DNA of 64,000 bases from the human T2T-CHM13v2.0 reference genome, Homo sapiens (GCF_009914755.1 NC_060929.1); one strand, 5' to 3'; shown: positions 1 to 14,290, counted from the first letter of the stretch. Program-made: numbers and translations. Notes: generated by a model from the sequence alone, not told the origin.

Positions 1-2
1 AC

Positions 3-74
3 CTAAGGTTTCCCAAAGCACATAATAACTATATTTTGTATATTTGTATTCCACATTATCTACGTTATTTGTCC
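3..74 (-). CDS. Candidate 72-bp internal coding exon of an unidentified gene (phase 1-1; ..TNNVDNVEYKYTKYSYYVLWETL..)
   Basis: Minus strand reads ctctctattatccttcttcttgtcAG|GGACAAAT...GAAACCTTAG|GT. Strong pyrimidine tract and a single open frame, in phase with the candidate exon at 619-687. No protein recognised. Confidence 0.4.
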
Positions 75-131
75 CTGACAAGAAGAAGGATAATAGAGAG
101 TTAACTTAACTTTTTAAAAATACAGTTGACT

Positions 132-484
<353 letters not shown>

Positions 485-618
485 CTAGCCCAGCTTTCTC
501 AGGCATTTTCGCTGTGTCCAATAATGCATATCACTGATAAAATGCTAGACACGTATCTTCATTAACTTGAATTCATGGGTAAAATAGTATAGCCTTTGGA
601 GACAAAAGTTAAGCCTAC

Positions 619-687
619 CATACTCTACTGTGTTTTGGTCCGAGTACTTGGAATCCATGGTTTGAACTTCTCTTTAAAAGTTGATAC
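619..687 (-). CDS. Candidate 69-bp exon, possibly holding a start codon (ATG at 658-656; MDSKYSDQNTVEY-G)
   Basis: Minus strand reads ttttgtttacatcccacAG|GTATCAAC...aaaccATGg...GAGTATG|GTaggc. Kozak-like ATG whose frame continues open into the exon at 3-74. An alternative phase-2 frame is also open. Confidence 0.38.
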
Positions 688-2425
688 CTGTGGGATGTAA
701 ACAAAAATGGGTTCAATTTGTTCTGAATATTATCTACAGTTGAGGTCGTGAAAATCCACCTAGGTCATTAAAGGAAAAGAGACACTTTTCAAACCCAAAT
801 CATCTAAATATCAATGGGCCAATTCCAGGATACCAATAATCATAAAGATGAGTTACCCTAAAAACACTAGAAGCCTACCACCAATTGTTATTTGTTGAGT
901 TTGTTCATTTTTCAGTCTTTATGGAGTGAATTAGTCAAATACATCCAAAATTACCAGAAGAATTTAAGTGGTTCATTTATTTCCCTCTTTGTTCGCTTTT
1001 GAGAACACAGTTTCTAAGGTTTCATCATGTCTAGGTTGGTACTTTTAAAATTCACAGTCTTGGCACCAAAGTTGGCCACCAGTATATTTTTATTTTCTTA
1101 TGGATCTGTTTGGTACTAGATACATTCAGCTTTCTCAGCCCTGTTAGGCTCACATTATTTCAAAACACACCTGTTCATTGTAGAAATTTTGGAATATCCT
1201 ACCACTCTTGAGTCACCCCATGTATGCTAATTCAGTTTCTTGTAAACGTGAAATTCATGCAGTAAGGCGCTCAACTAACATAAGACTTATAATCAAATCT
1301 TTGCCTTTAAATACTATATCTCTTACTTTCCAAAGAGCATTTAAGTAGGGGGGTCTCATTACCCTGTCTTAAGAACGGGTCAATAATTGAAAAGAGTTTC
1401 TCAGCCTTAATATTAGTAGCTCAGAGAACTGGGTAATCTTAAACTGAAAAGAAATATGACAAAAATTAGAAAATTTGAGGTCCAGAAAATGGACAGATTG
1501 ACAGTATTAGAGGCAAAATCTGTAGCTGAACAAGTATTGAAAGATGAATGTGTTCTCTATTATTTCCTTGAGCAGTGATTTGTAATTCTCTTTGAAGTGG
1601 TCCTTCACTTCCCTTGTTAGCTGTATTCCTAGGAATTTTATTCTCTTTGTAGCAATTGTGAATGGGAGTTCATTCATGATTTGGCTCTCTGCTTGTCTAT
1701 TGTTGGTGTGTAGGAATGCTTGTGATTTTTGCACATTGATATTGTACCCTGGGACTTTGCTGAATTTGCTTATCAGCTTAAGGAGCTTTTGGGATGAGAC
1801 AATGGGGTTTTCTAAATATAGAAACATGTCATCTACAGAGACAGTTTAACTTCCTCTCTTCCTGTTTTAATACCCTTTATTTCTTTATCTTGCCTGATTG
1901 CTCTGGCCAGAACTTGCAATACTATGTTGAATAGGAGTGGTGAGAGAAGGCATCCTTGTCTTGTGTTGGTTGTCAAGGGGAATTCTTCTAGTTTTTGCCC
2001 ACTCAGTACAATATTGGCTATGGGTTTGTCATAAACGGCTCATTATATTGAGATATGTTCCATCAATACCTAGATTATTGAGAATTTTTAACATGAAGGG
2101 ATATTGAATTTTTGAAGGCCTTTTTCTGTGCCTATTGAGTTGATCATGTGGTTTTTGCCTTTAGTTCTGTTTCTGTGATGAATTACGTTTATTGATTTGC
2201 GTATGTTGAACCAGCCTTGCATCCTGGGGATGAAGCTGACTTGATTGTGGTGAATGAGCTATGCTGCTGGATTTGGTTTGCCAGTATTTTATTGAGGATT
2301 TTTGCACTGATGTTCATCAAAAATATTGGCCTGAAGCTTTCCTTTTTTATTGTATCTCTTCCCGGTTTGGGTATCAGGATAATGCTGGCTTCATAAAATG
2401 AGTTAGGGAGAAGTCTCTCCTTTTC

Positions 2426-2514
2426 TTTCTTTTTTCTTTTTTATTATACTTTAAGTTCTAGGGTACACAGGCACAACGTGCAGGTTTGTTACATATGTAT
2501 ACATGTGCCATGTA
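2426..2514 (-). mobile_element. Severely 5'-truncated L1PA 3' end (~89 bp) nested in the older L1
   Basis: Poly(T) plus ttattatactttaagttctagggtac...acatgtgccatgt. 15-bp TSD aagtctctccttttc at 2411-2425 and 2515-2529. Confidence 0.9.
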
Positions 2515-2600
2515 AAGTCTCTCCTTTTCAGTTGTTTGGAATAGTTTCAGAAGAAATGGTATCAGCTTCTCTCTGTGCCTCTGGTAGAATTCAGCTATAA

Positions 2601-2948
<348 letters not shown>

Positions 2949-3037
2949 TAGTATTCTCTGTGGGGTTGCTTGTATTTCTGTGTGGTCAGTGGTGATATCC
3001 CCTTTATCATTTTTTATTGTGTCTATTTAATGCTTCT

Positions 3038-4805
3038 CAATGGAAAAACATTTCATACTCATGGATAGGAAGAATCAATTTTGTGAAAGTTGCCATACTG
3101 CCTAAAGTAATTTATAAATTCAATATTATATCCATTAAACTATAATTGAAGGCATCATGCTACCCAACTTCAAACTATATTGCAAGGCTACAGTAACCAA
3201 AACAGCATGGTAATGGTACCAAAACAGACACATAGACCAATGGAACAAAATACAGGTCTCAGAAACAAGACCACACATCTACAACCATCTGATCTGTGAC
3301 AAATCTGACAAAAACAAGCAATGGGGAAAGGATTCCCTATTTAATAAATGATGCTGGGAAAATTGGCTAGCCATATGCAGAAAACTGAAACTGGACCACT
3401 TCCTTACACCTTATACAAAACTTAACTCAAGATGGATTAAAGACTTAAATGTAAAACCCCAAACTAAAAAATCCTAGAAGAAAATCTAGGCAATACCATT
3501 CAGGACATAGGCACTGGCAAAGATTTCATGACAAAAACATCAAAAACAATTGCAACAAAAGCAAAAATTGACAAATGGGATCTAATTAAACTAAAGAGCT
3601 TCTGCACAGCAAAACAAACTATCATCAGAGTGAACCTACAGAATGGGAGAAAATTTTTGCAATCTATACATCTGACAAAGGCCTACTATCCAGAATCTAC
3701 AATTAACTTAAACAAATTTACAAGAAAAAAAACAACCCCATCAAACAGTGGGTAAAATATATGAACAGACATTTCTCAAAAGATGTACATGCAGCCAAAA
3801 AACTTATGAAAAAAAGCTCAACATCACTGATCATCAGAGACATGCAAATCAAAACTACAAAGAGACACTGTCTCATATCAGTTAGAATGGTGATTATTAA
3901 AAAGTCAAGAAACAATAGATGCTGGCAAGGTTATGGAGAAATAGGAACAACTTTACACTGTTGATGGGAATGTAAATTCATTCAACCATTGTGGAAGACA
4001 GCATGGCAATACCTCAAAGATCTAGAACCAAAAATATCATTTGACGCATAAATCCCATTAACTATCTTATACCAGTTAGAATGGTGATTATTAAAAAGGC
4101 AAGAAACAACAGATGCTGGCAAGGTTATGGAGAAATAGGAACGCCTTTACACCATTGATAGGAATGTAAATTCGTTCAACCATTGTGGAAGACAGCATGG
4201 CAATACCTCAAAGATCTAGAAACAGAAATACCACTTGACCCAGAAATCCCATTACTGGGTACATATCCAAAGAAATATAAATCATTCTATTACAAAGATA
4301 CATGCATGCGTATGTTCATTGCAGCACTATTCACAATAGCAGATATGGGATCAACTCAAATGCCCATCAATGATAGACTGGGTAAAGAAACTGTGGTACA
4401 TATACACCATGGAATACTATGCAGCCATAAAAAGGAACAAGATCATATCCTTTGCAGGGAGATGGATGGAGCTGGAGGCCATCATCCTCAGCAAACTAAC
4501 ACAGAACAGAAAACCAAATACAGCATGTTCTCACTTATAAGGAGGAACTGAACAATGAGAACACATGGATGCAGGGAGAGGAACACCACACACTGGGGCC
4601 TGTTGTGGGGCAGAGGGAGGGAGAGCATCAGATAAATAGCTAATGCTTGTGGGGCTTAATACCTAGGTGAAGAGTTGATAGATACAGCAATCCACCATGG
4701 AACACATTTACCTATTTAACAAACCTGCACATCCTGCACATGTATCCTGGAAAATAAATTAAAAAGTTAAAATTAAAATTAAAGATAATTTAACATGGAG
4801 AAAAA
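3038..4805 (+). mobile_element. Sense 3' segment of the twin-primed L1PA (ORF2 3' part, 3' UTR, degenerate tail)
   Basis: [19 protein letters not shown] and [17 protein letters not shown] peptides, older L1PA-type 3' UTR. Candidate TSD gaaagatgaat at 1539-1549 and 4806-4816. About 100-bp internal deletion near 3149. Confidence 0.92.
3867..4254 (+). repeat. 194-bp tandem duplication within L1 ORF2
   Basis: Copies 3867-4060 and 4061-4254 share gttagaatggtgattattaaaaag...caaggttatggagaaatagg...gacagcatggcaatacctcaaagatctaga...aatcccatta. Confidence 0.92.
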
Positions 4806-6914
4806 GAAAGATGAATAAATCTCAGGCATTGTTGCAATAATGTTTATGTGATAAGTATTCATTTTGAGAAAAGTTACATTTGAATGCACTAGGCTGTAGT
4901 GTCTCAACTCTTTTTTTCCCCCGCATTGTATTCCACATATCAGATGATGCTTATATAAGCTACACAATTCCATGGAAAAAGTTTGTTCAAAAAACAGGTT
5001 TCAAAAAAGGAAAAGAAAAGAAAAATCAGAAAAATATTGTTTTTTTTTATGTTAACATAGAATTCAAAAAAGTGTTTTTAAAGCATGAGAATTAAATCAT
5101 ATTTTTAAAGATCTCAAAAATTATTCTTAAAAAGAAATAAATGTGGCTAATATTGTCTTTAGTATGAAACATTTCTTAAATATGAATTTTGAACTTTCTA
5201 GAATTCAACAAATATCAATGTTAGTAATTATAATACTAAAGGATATTTGTAAATAAATATTTTTATTACAATATATAGAATGTACAGGCTGTAACCTCTT
5301 TTTATATAAAGAGCATCATTCTTCTCAATAAGACAAATATGTATTTAATATTGTAAGCACCCTTGCTTTATCTAGTCTCATCTTCTTTTCATTAAAAACT
5401 TATTCATGGATAAAATTTAAAAGACAATGGAGGTAACTGTTACGTCAAAATTTACAACTGCTACAAAACTGCCTTAAGCACACACTGTTAACCTTGTGGT
5501 AATAGTGACCACTCACTAGAGGGTACTGAATCCGTGTAGTTCTACCTATACATTCAAGCTCTACCTATAACTTCTGTTGCTCCTCTCAAAACATGTCAGA
5601 ATGTACCTGAATGCAAGAGATTTCACTGTGGGAATAACACTGAATCCTTTTAGATAGATGAAAAGTTGTCATTCCTGAAGGTATACTTTGACTATTATTA
5701 GTAATAGTGTACTTGCTGCCCTGCTCAAAGATACAGATATTGTGGTAGCTGCCTCAGTTGAGAGCATTGTCACGAAACTGTTAGCTCCTTGACTTTCCAG
5801 TATTGGGTCCTATTCATGTCTCCACCAGCATGTGGTACAAGTAGGGCACATTGTCAGCATTCAATAATTGTGGGTGAAACTCAACTCCACTCCATTAGGT
5901 GAACCTACCATTGAAGAATGGTCTCCCTTAGTTAATTGCAAATGAATCCTGCCAAACACAATTTCTTCCTCCAGACTGGCTGTCAGCACTTTTAATCCAT
6001 AGAAAAGTAAGCATGCTTACAAAGGAAAAAAACAAAAACAAAACAAAACAAAACAAAAAAAAAACAGCTTACTTTCATAAAGTTTTGGAATGATTCATAA
6101 ATTTTTTATAAATATGTGATATTTTGGTCTTCTGCATTTTGTCTTGTCTTTATCGAGATTTCATCAATGCAGAGAGAGTGAGGTGGTTGCTTACATTTGA
6201 AAGTTTTGTGTTTGTAAATGTGTATGTGTTAGAAAAAGCATTGTCTAAAAATGTCTCTGGAAGAAATCCAGTAATAGAAAGATGTTGATTCTATGTGAAC
6301 AATGACATGACAGGTACATCTTAAAATGTGAAATTCACAATTTAAATCCTGATTCTTGAGGAAGAGATTTTGTTTCCAACCACGGTATCCCAACTTCTCA
6401 CAATTAAGATTTCCAAAATAACTTTTTAAACCTCTGGAATTTTAATAAATGGGCCCTTATTCTTCAATCCTTTTTCCCATTCAAGAAACAAAATTTTCAA
6501 ATCCCTTCTCTATCTCAGTTGAATGCCTACAATAGTCAATACATAATATTAATTCACCAAATGTTTTAAAAACTATTTTAAATGTTTACAAAACTTTGCG
6601 AAATGAATAAAGCTACTTTTTCTTTTTTAAAACACATATTTTACCTTAGTGAAAGTATGTAAAACACCCCAAAGGGAGCAGCAGCTATTAGATCACACTG
6701 AGATAGTTATGTCCAAAAGTAGTATGACTTTTTTCCCCCTTTTTTGGCACAACTGAGTTGGAATGACTATTAAATTATGATAAAATAAGGTAACATTTTA
6801 TAAAATTCCCAATTTCATACAAAGCAGCATTTCCTAAACTTCCACAATCTCAATTGCATATTAAATTTCAATGTCAGTACCAGGTTAATTTTCTAAAAAC
6901 ACTCTTTAGAAAAG

Positions 6915-7152
6915 AGGTTTATTGAATGTCTTTTATGTGTTCAGCATTATGCTAAGCAATTTTCATATATTATCTAATTTAATTCTCACACTATAAGATA
7001 AATACCATTAAAGTCCTAATTTTACAGCAGAGAAAAGGAGGTTTGGAGAGATTAAGAGATTTATCCAAGGTAACACAGCTGTTGCATGGTAGAACTATAT
7101 TTTAAACACAGGCCATTTTAACTTCAAAACCCAAACTACTAACCATCTTGCA
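6915..7152 (-). mobile_element. MIR SINE
   Basis: Degenerate MIR core in reverse orientation (attttacagcagagaaaaggagg...agattaagagatttatccaaggtaacacagct). Confidence 0.7.
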
Positions 7153-7829
7153 CTCCTCTGCAAAAAAAAAAATCAGTTTGGGTTTCCTGTTACTTATTGG
7201 ACAAAGAAAGAGCTTATAAAATCTCAAAGTTAGAATCAATTTTGTTGATCCTTTTGTTCCCTATAAGTTTCCTCCCTCTTCTCTGATGGATCTAAGACTA
7301 GTGTAGATACTAAAGTGCTAAGGTTGATGGGGGCAAGAATAGTGTCTTACTTCTGACTGTTACTCCTCATCACACAGGACTTTGCCTTTTACACAATAAA
7401 AGAGCAATTGATGTTTGATTCACATTCTTTTTTCTACTTTTCAGAGTAAGGCCTTTTACAGTATAAGCCATATCTGAGCTTATTCAAGGTTGTGTCTTAG
7501 TCAAGAAATACAGTTTTATGGATCACCGAATATATGCTTTTCTGATTTTCTCATTCAAGAAATTTTTGAATGAATGAGTGAAGTTTGCATATATTTTCCC
7601 CATGCAATAAGTAAAGGGTTCCCAAAATTCAAGATCTTACTAGATCTGTAGGGAGTTTATTTACAATTCATGCCTTCTAATAATTTAAACAGACTGAAAA
7701 GAAACCTATACAAGTTAATATGTTCCTGGTTTCAGTGACACACTGTTTTACAGTCCATATGGAGTAGAAGGCCATCAACTTACATTTATCACTTCAGTGC
7801 AATATCTCCTTTAAAACACTCCTAGAAAA

Positions 7830-9745
7830 AAGACAAGATCAAATTATTTCTCTTTGCTGGTAATATATTCTATACCTAGAAAACCCTAAAGACTCTGCAA
7901 AAAGTCTCCTAGAACTAATAAATGATGTCATTAAAGTTTTCAGATACAAAATCACCATACAAAAATCGATAACATTTCTATACACAACAACTAGCTGAGA
8001 GCCAAATTAAGAACACAATCCCATTCACAATAGCTATAAAAAAAACATAAAATACCTAGGAATACATCTAACCAAGGAGATGAAAGATTTCTACAAGGAG
8101 AACTACAAAACACTGCTGAAAGTAATCATAGACAACACAAAGAAATGGAAAAACATTCCATGCCCATGGGTTGGAAGAATCAATATCATTAAAATGGTCA
8201 TACTGCCCAAAGTAATCTACAGATTCAATGCCACTTCTATCAAACTACCAACAAAATGTTTCACAGATTTCCCATTCTAAAATTTATATAGAACAAAAAA
8301 AATGGCCCAAATAGCTGAAGCCTAACCAAAAAGACCAAAGCCAGAGGCATCACATTACTCAATTTCAAACTATCCTATAAGGCTACAATAACAAAAACAG
8401 CATGGTGCTGGTACAAAAACAAATACATAGACCAATGGAACAGGTTAGAGAACCCAGAAATAAGGCCACACACCTACAGCCATTTGATCTCCGACAACAT
8501 CAATAAAAATAAGCAATTGGGAAAGGACTCCCTATTCAATAAATTGTGCCAGAATAGCAGGTTAGCCATCTTCAAAAGAATGAAAATGGTCTTCTATCTT
8601 TCACAATAAATAAAAATTAACTCAAGATGGATTAAATATTTAAACATAAGATCTCCAACTATAAGAATCCTAGAAGAGGACCTAGGATATACAGTTCTGG
8701 ACATTGGCATAGGGAAACAATTTATGATTAAGTCCTCAAAAGCAATGGTAACAAATACAAAAATTGACTAGTGGGACCTAGTTAAACTAAGGAGCTTCTG
8801 CATGGCAAAAGAAACCATCTGCAGCGTAAACAGACAACCTACAGAATGGCAGAAAATATTTACAAACTATGCATCTGACAAAGATCTAATATCCAGAATC
8901 TACAAAGAAATGAAACTATTCAACAAGCAAAGAAACAAATAACTCCATTAAAAAGTGGGCAAAAGACATGAACAGACACTATAAAAAATGCTCCACATCA
9001 CTAATTATCAGAGAAACACAAATCAGAACCACACTGAGATACTGTCTACACCAATCATAATGGCTATTATTAAAAATCATACAACAACAGATGCTGGCAA
9101 GGATGTAAAGAAAGGAGACTACTTACATTGCTGGGAGTGTAAATTAGTTCAGCCCCTGTGGAAAGCAGTTTGGAGATTTCTCAAAGAACTTAAAACAGAA
9201 TTACCATTCTACCTAGTAATCCCGTTACTGGGTGTATATCCAAAGGAAAATAAATCATTCTGCCAAAAAGGCACTCATATGTTCATCGCAGCACTATTCA
9301 CAATAGCAAAGACATGGAATCAAGCTACCTGCTCATCAGTGGCAAATTGGAAAAAGAAAATGTGGAACATATACACCATCGAATATTATGCAGCCATTAA
9401 AAAACCAAATCATGTCCTTTGCAGCAACATGGATGAAGCTAGAAGACATTATCCTAATTGAATTAATGTAGGGACGGAAAAAAAATCAAAGGCCACATGC
9501 TCTCACTTATAAGTAGGAGCTAAACTTTGGGTACACATAGACATAAATATGGCAACAATAGTGGGGACCACTAAGGGGGTGGGAGGACTGAAAGGAATGT
9601 TTGTTGGAAAACTACTCATTGGGTACTATGCTCACTACCTGGGTGACAGGATCATTCATACCTCAGATGTCAGCATCACACAATATACTCAGGTAATAAA
9701 CCTGTACATGTACCCCCAAATCTAAAATGAAAGTTGAAATCATGA
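7830..9745 (+). mobile_element. 5'-truncated old L1 (L1PA16/17-like)
   Basis: ORF2 remnants ([13 protein letters not shown]...[22 protein letters not shown]; [13 protein letters not shown]) and 3' UTR gggtactatgctcactacctgggtgacaggatcatt...tctaaaatgaaagttgaa. Confidence 0.92.
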
Positions 9746-9984
9746 GAAACCTCTTAGAATAGGATAACCCTTAAAAAAAAAAAAGAATGAAAAGACTAAA
9801 CCTAATCTAAAATGTAAATTAAGAAAAATATTTATTACTGCTTTAAGCAACATGATGTCCAACGTTTTCTTTTATCTCATATCCTAGAAATATATTTCCT
9901 TAGACTCAGTCACTTTTTTCAAGAAGTTTCATACATATATATCACGATTTCACCATTCCAAACCTGATTACGTTGTTATGTTAC

Positions 9985-10200
9985 CCTCTGGCAAGGTCTA
10001 CAGGAAGTGAAACCTCATAACCTTTTGGCAAACTTTCCTCTCTCTTCTTAACTGGAAATGAAAGACTGAAAATTTTTGTTGAATGAGATCCAACCTGAGG
10101 ATATGTCGACAAAAGAGAAACACATTTCAAACACTTTCTTCTCTCTTTTTCTCTGAAAATATAGAGGACAGTTCTCCATGGGGACTTTTCCTTTCAGAAT
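9985..10200. promoter_or_regulatory. Candidate immune-type promoter or enhancer (two ETS-IRF composite elements plus an NF-kB-like site)
   Basis: GGAAGTGAAA at 10003-10012, GGAAATGAAAgactGAAA at 10054-10071, GGGGACTTTTCC at 10180-10191, all in non-repeat sequence. Minus-strand donor GAGG|gtaaca at 9985/9984. Confidence 0.4.
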
Positions 10201-11399
10201 AACAATACTTGAAAGTTGAGGCTTCATCCACTTTTACCACCTGTTTAAAACGCCCAAGCTTTCCTTGGCCTATTGCAGCAAGTGGTCTGTAAATTTGAGC
10301 AAACTCGGATTTCTTACATTCCTCCCACCTGCCACATTTTCTTAACTGAAAGCAAAACGTGTTGCAATTGTATGTATTCCCGTGAGCCTGCAGAGATTCC
10401 GTTCTAACAGACATTGCTTTACGTTTTTAAAATAGGACAAAGAAGCTCTGAAAATAGTGAGGTTTTTGGGTAGATCTGTTTTTAAAAAAGACTTAAATAT
10501 GGTAAAATCAATCTAAAAACTGTTCTAGGCAGCTGAGAGGCTGGGGATAACAGGAGCAAAGGGAATAAAGGGAGCTCTGAAGAGCCAGTACCAGTTGCTA
10601 ATACTTAATCTCTTTAAATAATGAATTAGCTGCTCATATCTACTGTGGCTGCTAAGAGAAAGCACTTTCTTTGTGGAGTGAAGTAAAGCTTGAATACCAT
10701 GAATTATTCAATATAAAGTGTGCCAGTTAAAATGCCTTGATATTGGAAGTCAAGTGTAAGATTATCTCTTGTCTGTCAAAAAGCATCTTTACCGTGTTAC
10801 TGAGCCCTAGAGGAGGGGCCCAAGGAGTGAGAAAAGAAAAGAGAAAAGCCATCCAGAAACAACATAATAAAGCACTAAGCATTCAGAACAAGCTGGGAGC
10901 AGCTTCCTTGCTACAGAGGAAACCTCTATTGACATGCTCTCTTCAAGCAGGTCTTACTGCTTACTGCTTAAAGTTGCTATTTCTATGTCCTCCACTATGA
11001 TAACAAGGCGAAGTTGCTATGTCCTTTCCATTAGAGACAATAGATACTCATTCACCAGCCATGGTTGTCTTAAAGAAATATATTCCTTCCTAAGGTGTCT
11101 ACTGACAGAGTTGTGTGATGACCTTCTAATCAATGTAGAATTTTTAAAGCAAAAGTGATTAACTACAAAGCATATTGAAATGCAGACCACGACAAAACTT
11201 CAGTGTATGGTATTTCATTGTCTATTGCTCTAAGAAATGTTTTCATAGTCAGCTGGATACTTTTCTCTTTCCTGAATGTTCTGTAAAATTGCCCTTTTTT
11301 GGATAAAGCAGAGAAATAATCTGGTATATACAGAAATCAAAATCCTAAAATCACTGTGCTACTTTTAAAAATGCAGTACCTGGGATTGTATATGCTATG

Positions 11400-12720
11400 C
11401 TTTCAAAGAATATTCATTAAGCACTAATTATAGGAAGGCACCATTCTAGGTCCTGGAAATAAAAAGAAGAAATGATAGTCTTGTTCCTCAAGGTGTTTGA
11501 AGTGTAGAAGAAGAAACAGATGTATAAACACTAAATTCATAGAGCATCATAGATGGTATGACAGAACATTCCAAAGGAGAGTGGGGGGTGGGGGGGAATT
11601 GGGACAATCAGAGAAAACTCATAGAAAGTATAATGCTAGAGGTTAGATTTGAAGGAAAGTGAAAGATGTTTAGATTGGAGAAGGAGCTTGAGGATAAACA
11701 AAGACAGTGCTGTGAAAGCCACCTGGTGCATTTGGGAAACTGCAGCCATCTGGAAATAAGGAAAGCATCATCTAGAGGCTGGCAGGTGAAAAACAGGCTA
11801 GGCTATATTCTGATGGCTGACCAAGGACACCCTAACCATTTGAACTGCATTTTACTGCTTGCTTAAGGAATAAAGTTTAAACAATTTGAGGGGTTAAAGT
11901 TAGACAGAAGATATACATCATGGGGTTCTTGTTAAGAAAAATCCCTTCACGGTAAAGTGGGGAGTAGATTAAGAAGGTACAAAGCTGGGAAGGGGGAGAG
12001 CAGCTATGTTCTAAGAACCAAAGCCACTGTAGTGGAGATGGAAAGGGATGAGAGGGTTGATGATTAAATGATTGTGAGAAATGACAGGGACAAAGAGATT
12101 GAACTAAACTTACACGTATCCTATTCTGATAAATGGGTGAAAAGTGATGCTATTCATAAGATAAAGAGTAATGTAAGCATAATAGGTTAGGAGATAAAGA
12201 CAATAAGTTTTGTTTTAGTTATGTTGACCAGAGGTGTCCAGTAGACACTTTGATATAATTTGGAGCTCAGGTTGGACTTGGCTGAAGAAGCAAACTTGAG
12301 AGTCATCAACTTACATGCAGTGAATGAGGACACAGGGATGGATGAATGAACCAGAAAAAGCATGCAGGACCCTTGGAAAACCTGGTGCTTAAAGAGCTGG
12401 GAGAGAAAGAAAATAGCACAAAGAAAATTTTAAAAATAGAGAAGCATGAGAAAATGATGAATTTGGGTTAGAAACTAAGGGAAGAAGAAGCTCTAAGAAG
12501 AAAGAAATGGTCAACAGATCCAAATATGCCTTAGAAGTTAAGTATGATGAGGATTGAAAATTATCTGAAGGATGTGGCAATTAGAGTATGGATGATTGGT
12601 AGCTTTTGTCATAGCAATTTTTACAATGGTGGAACTGAAAACCAGTTTATCCAGGAATAAATGGGATGGTAAGGAAGACAAAACAATGAGTATAGACAAT
12701 TGTTTAGAGAATAGGCGCAA
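11400..12720 (-). mobile_element. L2 LINE fragments
   Basis: Reverse L2 3' end (aatattcattaagcactaattataggaaggcaccattctagg) followed by purine-rich L2-like body. Confidence 0.65.
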
Positions 12721-12727
12721 TAGGTGG

Positions 12728-13111
12728 TATAGCAGATTGAATTGTCTTCCTCCAAAAAAATATGTTCAAGTCCTCGTCCTTGGTACCTGTGAATGTGACC
12801 TTATTTGGAAACAGGGTCTTTGCAGATGTAATTAGTTAAGCTGCCAATCTTTGGCATTCCTTGGCCTGTAACTGTATCACTCCAATCTCTGCCTGTCTTC
12901 ACATGGATGACTTTCTTCTGTGTGCCTTCAAATCTGTCCCTCCTTATAAGGAAATCATTCATATTGGATTAAGGGCCCACCCTACTCTGTATGACCTAAT
13001 TTTAACCAGTTATATCTGTACTGACCTTATTTCCAAATAAGATCCCATTCTAAGTTATTAGGGGTTAGGACTTCAACACATCTTTCTGGACAACACAATT
13101 CAACCTATTAC
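12728..13111. mobile_element. Two MLT1 (ERVL-MaLR, MLT1B/C-like) LTR 5' portions in opposite orientation
   Basis: 12728-12840 (+) has gtacctgtgaatgtgaccttatttggaaacagggtctttgcagatgtaatt. 12841-13111 (-) ends ...ggggttaggacttcaacacatc...aattcaacctattaca. Confidence 0.75.
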
Positions 13112-13339
13112 AGGGCTTAAGAGACAAAGCAATCTAATGGATACAAATATAAAAATAAATATGAAAAAAAAAATATATATATATATATATAATGTGAATT
13201 TTTAAAAAAAGTCAGGCTGAGAAGTTTTATTCACTTACCCAAGTAACGAAGCACATTAGTATCACAGCCAGCACTAGAATCCAGGTCCACTGATTCCCAG
13301 TTAGCTGCTCTTTCTGTTTTGCTAAAGCCTCTGCACAAC

Positions 13340-14290
13340 TCATTCAATGGCTTCTTTTGGCCTTGTGGACATTATCCAAACTCTTCAAGGTGGCCTAAGG
13401 ACTTGCATTTTTCTGGCCCCAGCCTCAACTCAAGCCACTTTTCCTCTTCTCTGTGCCCAAGCAACACTGGCCTTTTTCTAGTGTTATAAACTTCCTCGCC
13501 TCTTTACTACTTCAATCCCTCCCGGACATGTTAGTTCTTCTACCTGGAAAGTGACACTCACTTCTTAGCCCAACTCACTCTTCATTCTTTACCTCTCACC
13601 AGAAAGTCAGAAAATCAATGCTGATTACCAGGTCAGGTTAAATTTTCCTGTCATATTTCTCTGTGGCATCCTAACTCTTTGGAAAACTTTACACAGTTAT
13701 AATTTTGGTTTTATGTGTTTAATGCATACTTTCCCTGAGAGACTGTAAGCTCTGAGAGGTCAGTAAACATGTTGTCTCAAAAGCCTAGCAGAGTGTTTGG
13801 GGATAAGCAGGCATTTTCTATGAATTTATTGAATGACAGAAACAGCCATAACTTCCCACACTGTCAGAAGCCTAACAAAGCATGCTGGACATAGTGAGAC
13901 CCTTTGGCTCCCTGCTGTTCCTCTAATACAAATTTGCATGGGCTGCCCCGTTTCTGGAACATTCTTACCCCAGATATCTTCATAGCTATATTCCTAACTT
14001 CCTCAAGATTTTGTTCAAATACCATCTCAGTGAAGCCAAAACTGAACTCAAAGTTATCACTTCTTTCCCCTGACCCTCCTATACATTTTTTAAATCCATA
14101 ACACTCATCACCTTCTAAGATACTATAAGTTACTTATTTATTACTTGACTATTCATTGTCTTCCTCCCCCTACTAAAAATGTAAATTCTAGAAAAGAGAT
14201 CCTTGTGGTTTTTATTCAATAATGTGCTCGGACCACCAAGACAGTGCCTGGCATGCAGTAGACCTTTCAAAAATAATTTTTAAATGAATG
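13340..14290 (+). mobile_element. L2 fragments (two 3' ends)
   Basis: gactgtaagctctgagagg...atttattgaatga and acagtgcctggcatgcagtaga...taaatgaatg. Confidence 0.65.

Noticed and set aside
10127-10414. 95-aa ORF over the motif cluster
   Set aside because: No recognised homology or convincing exon boundaries; a regulatory reading fits better.
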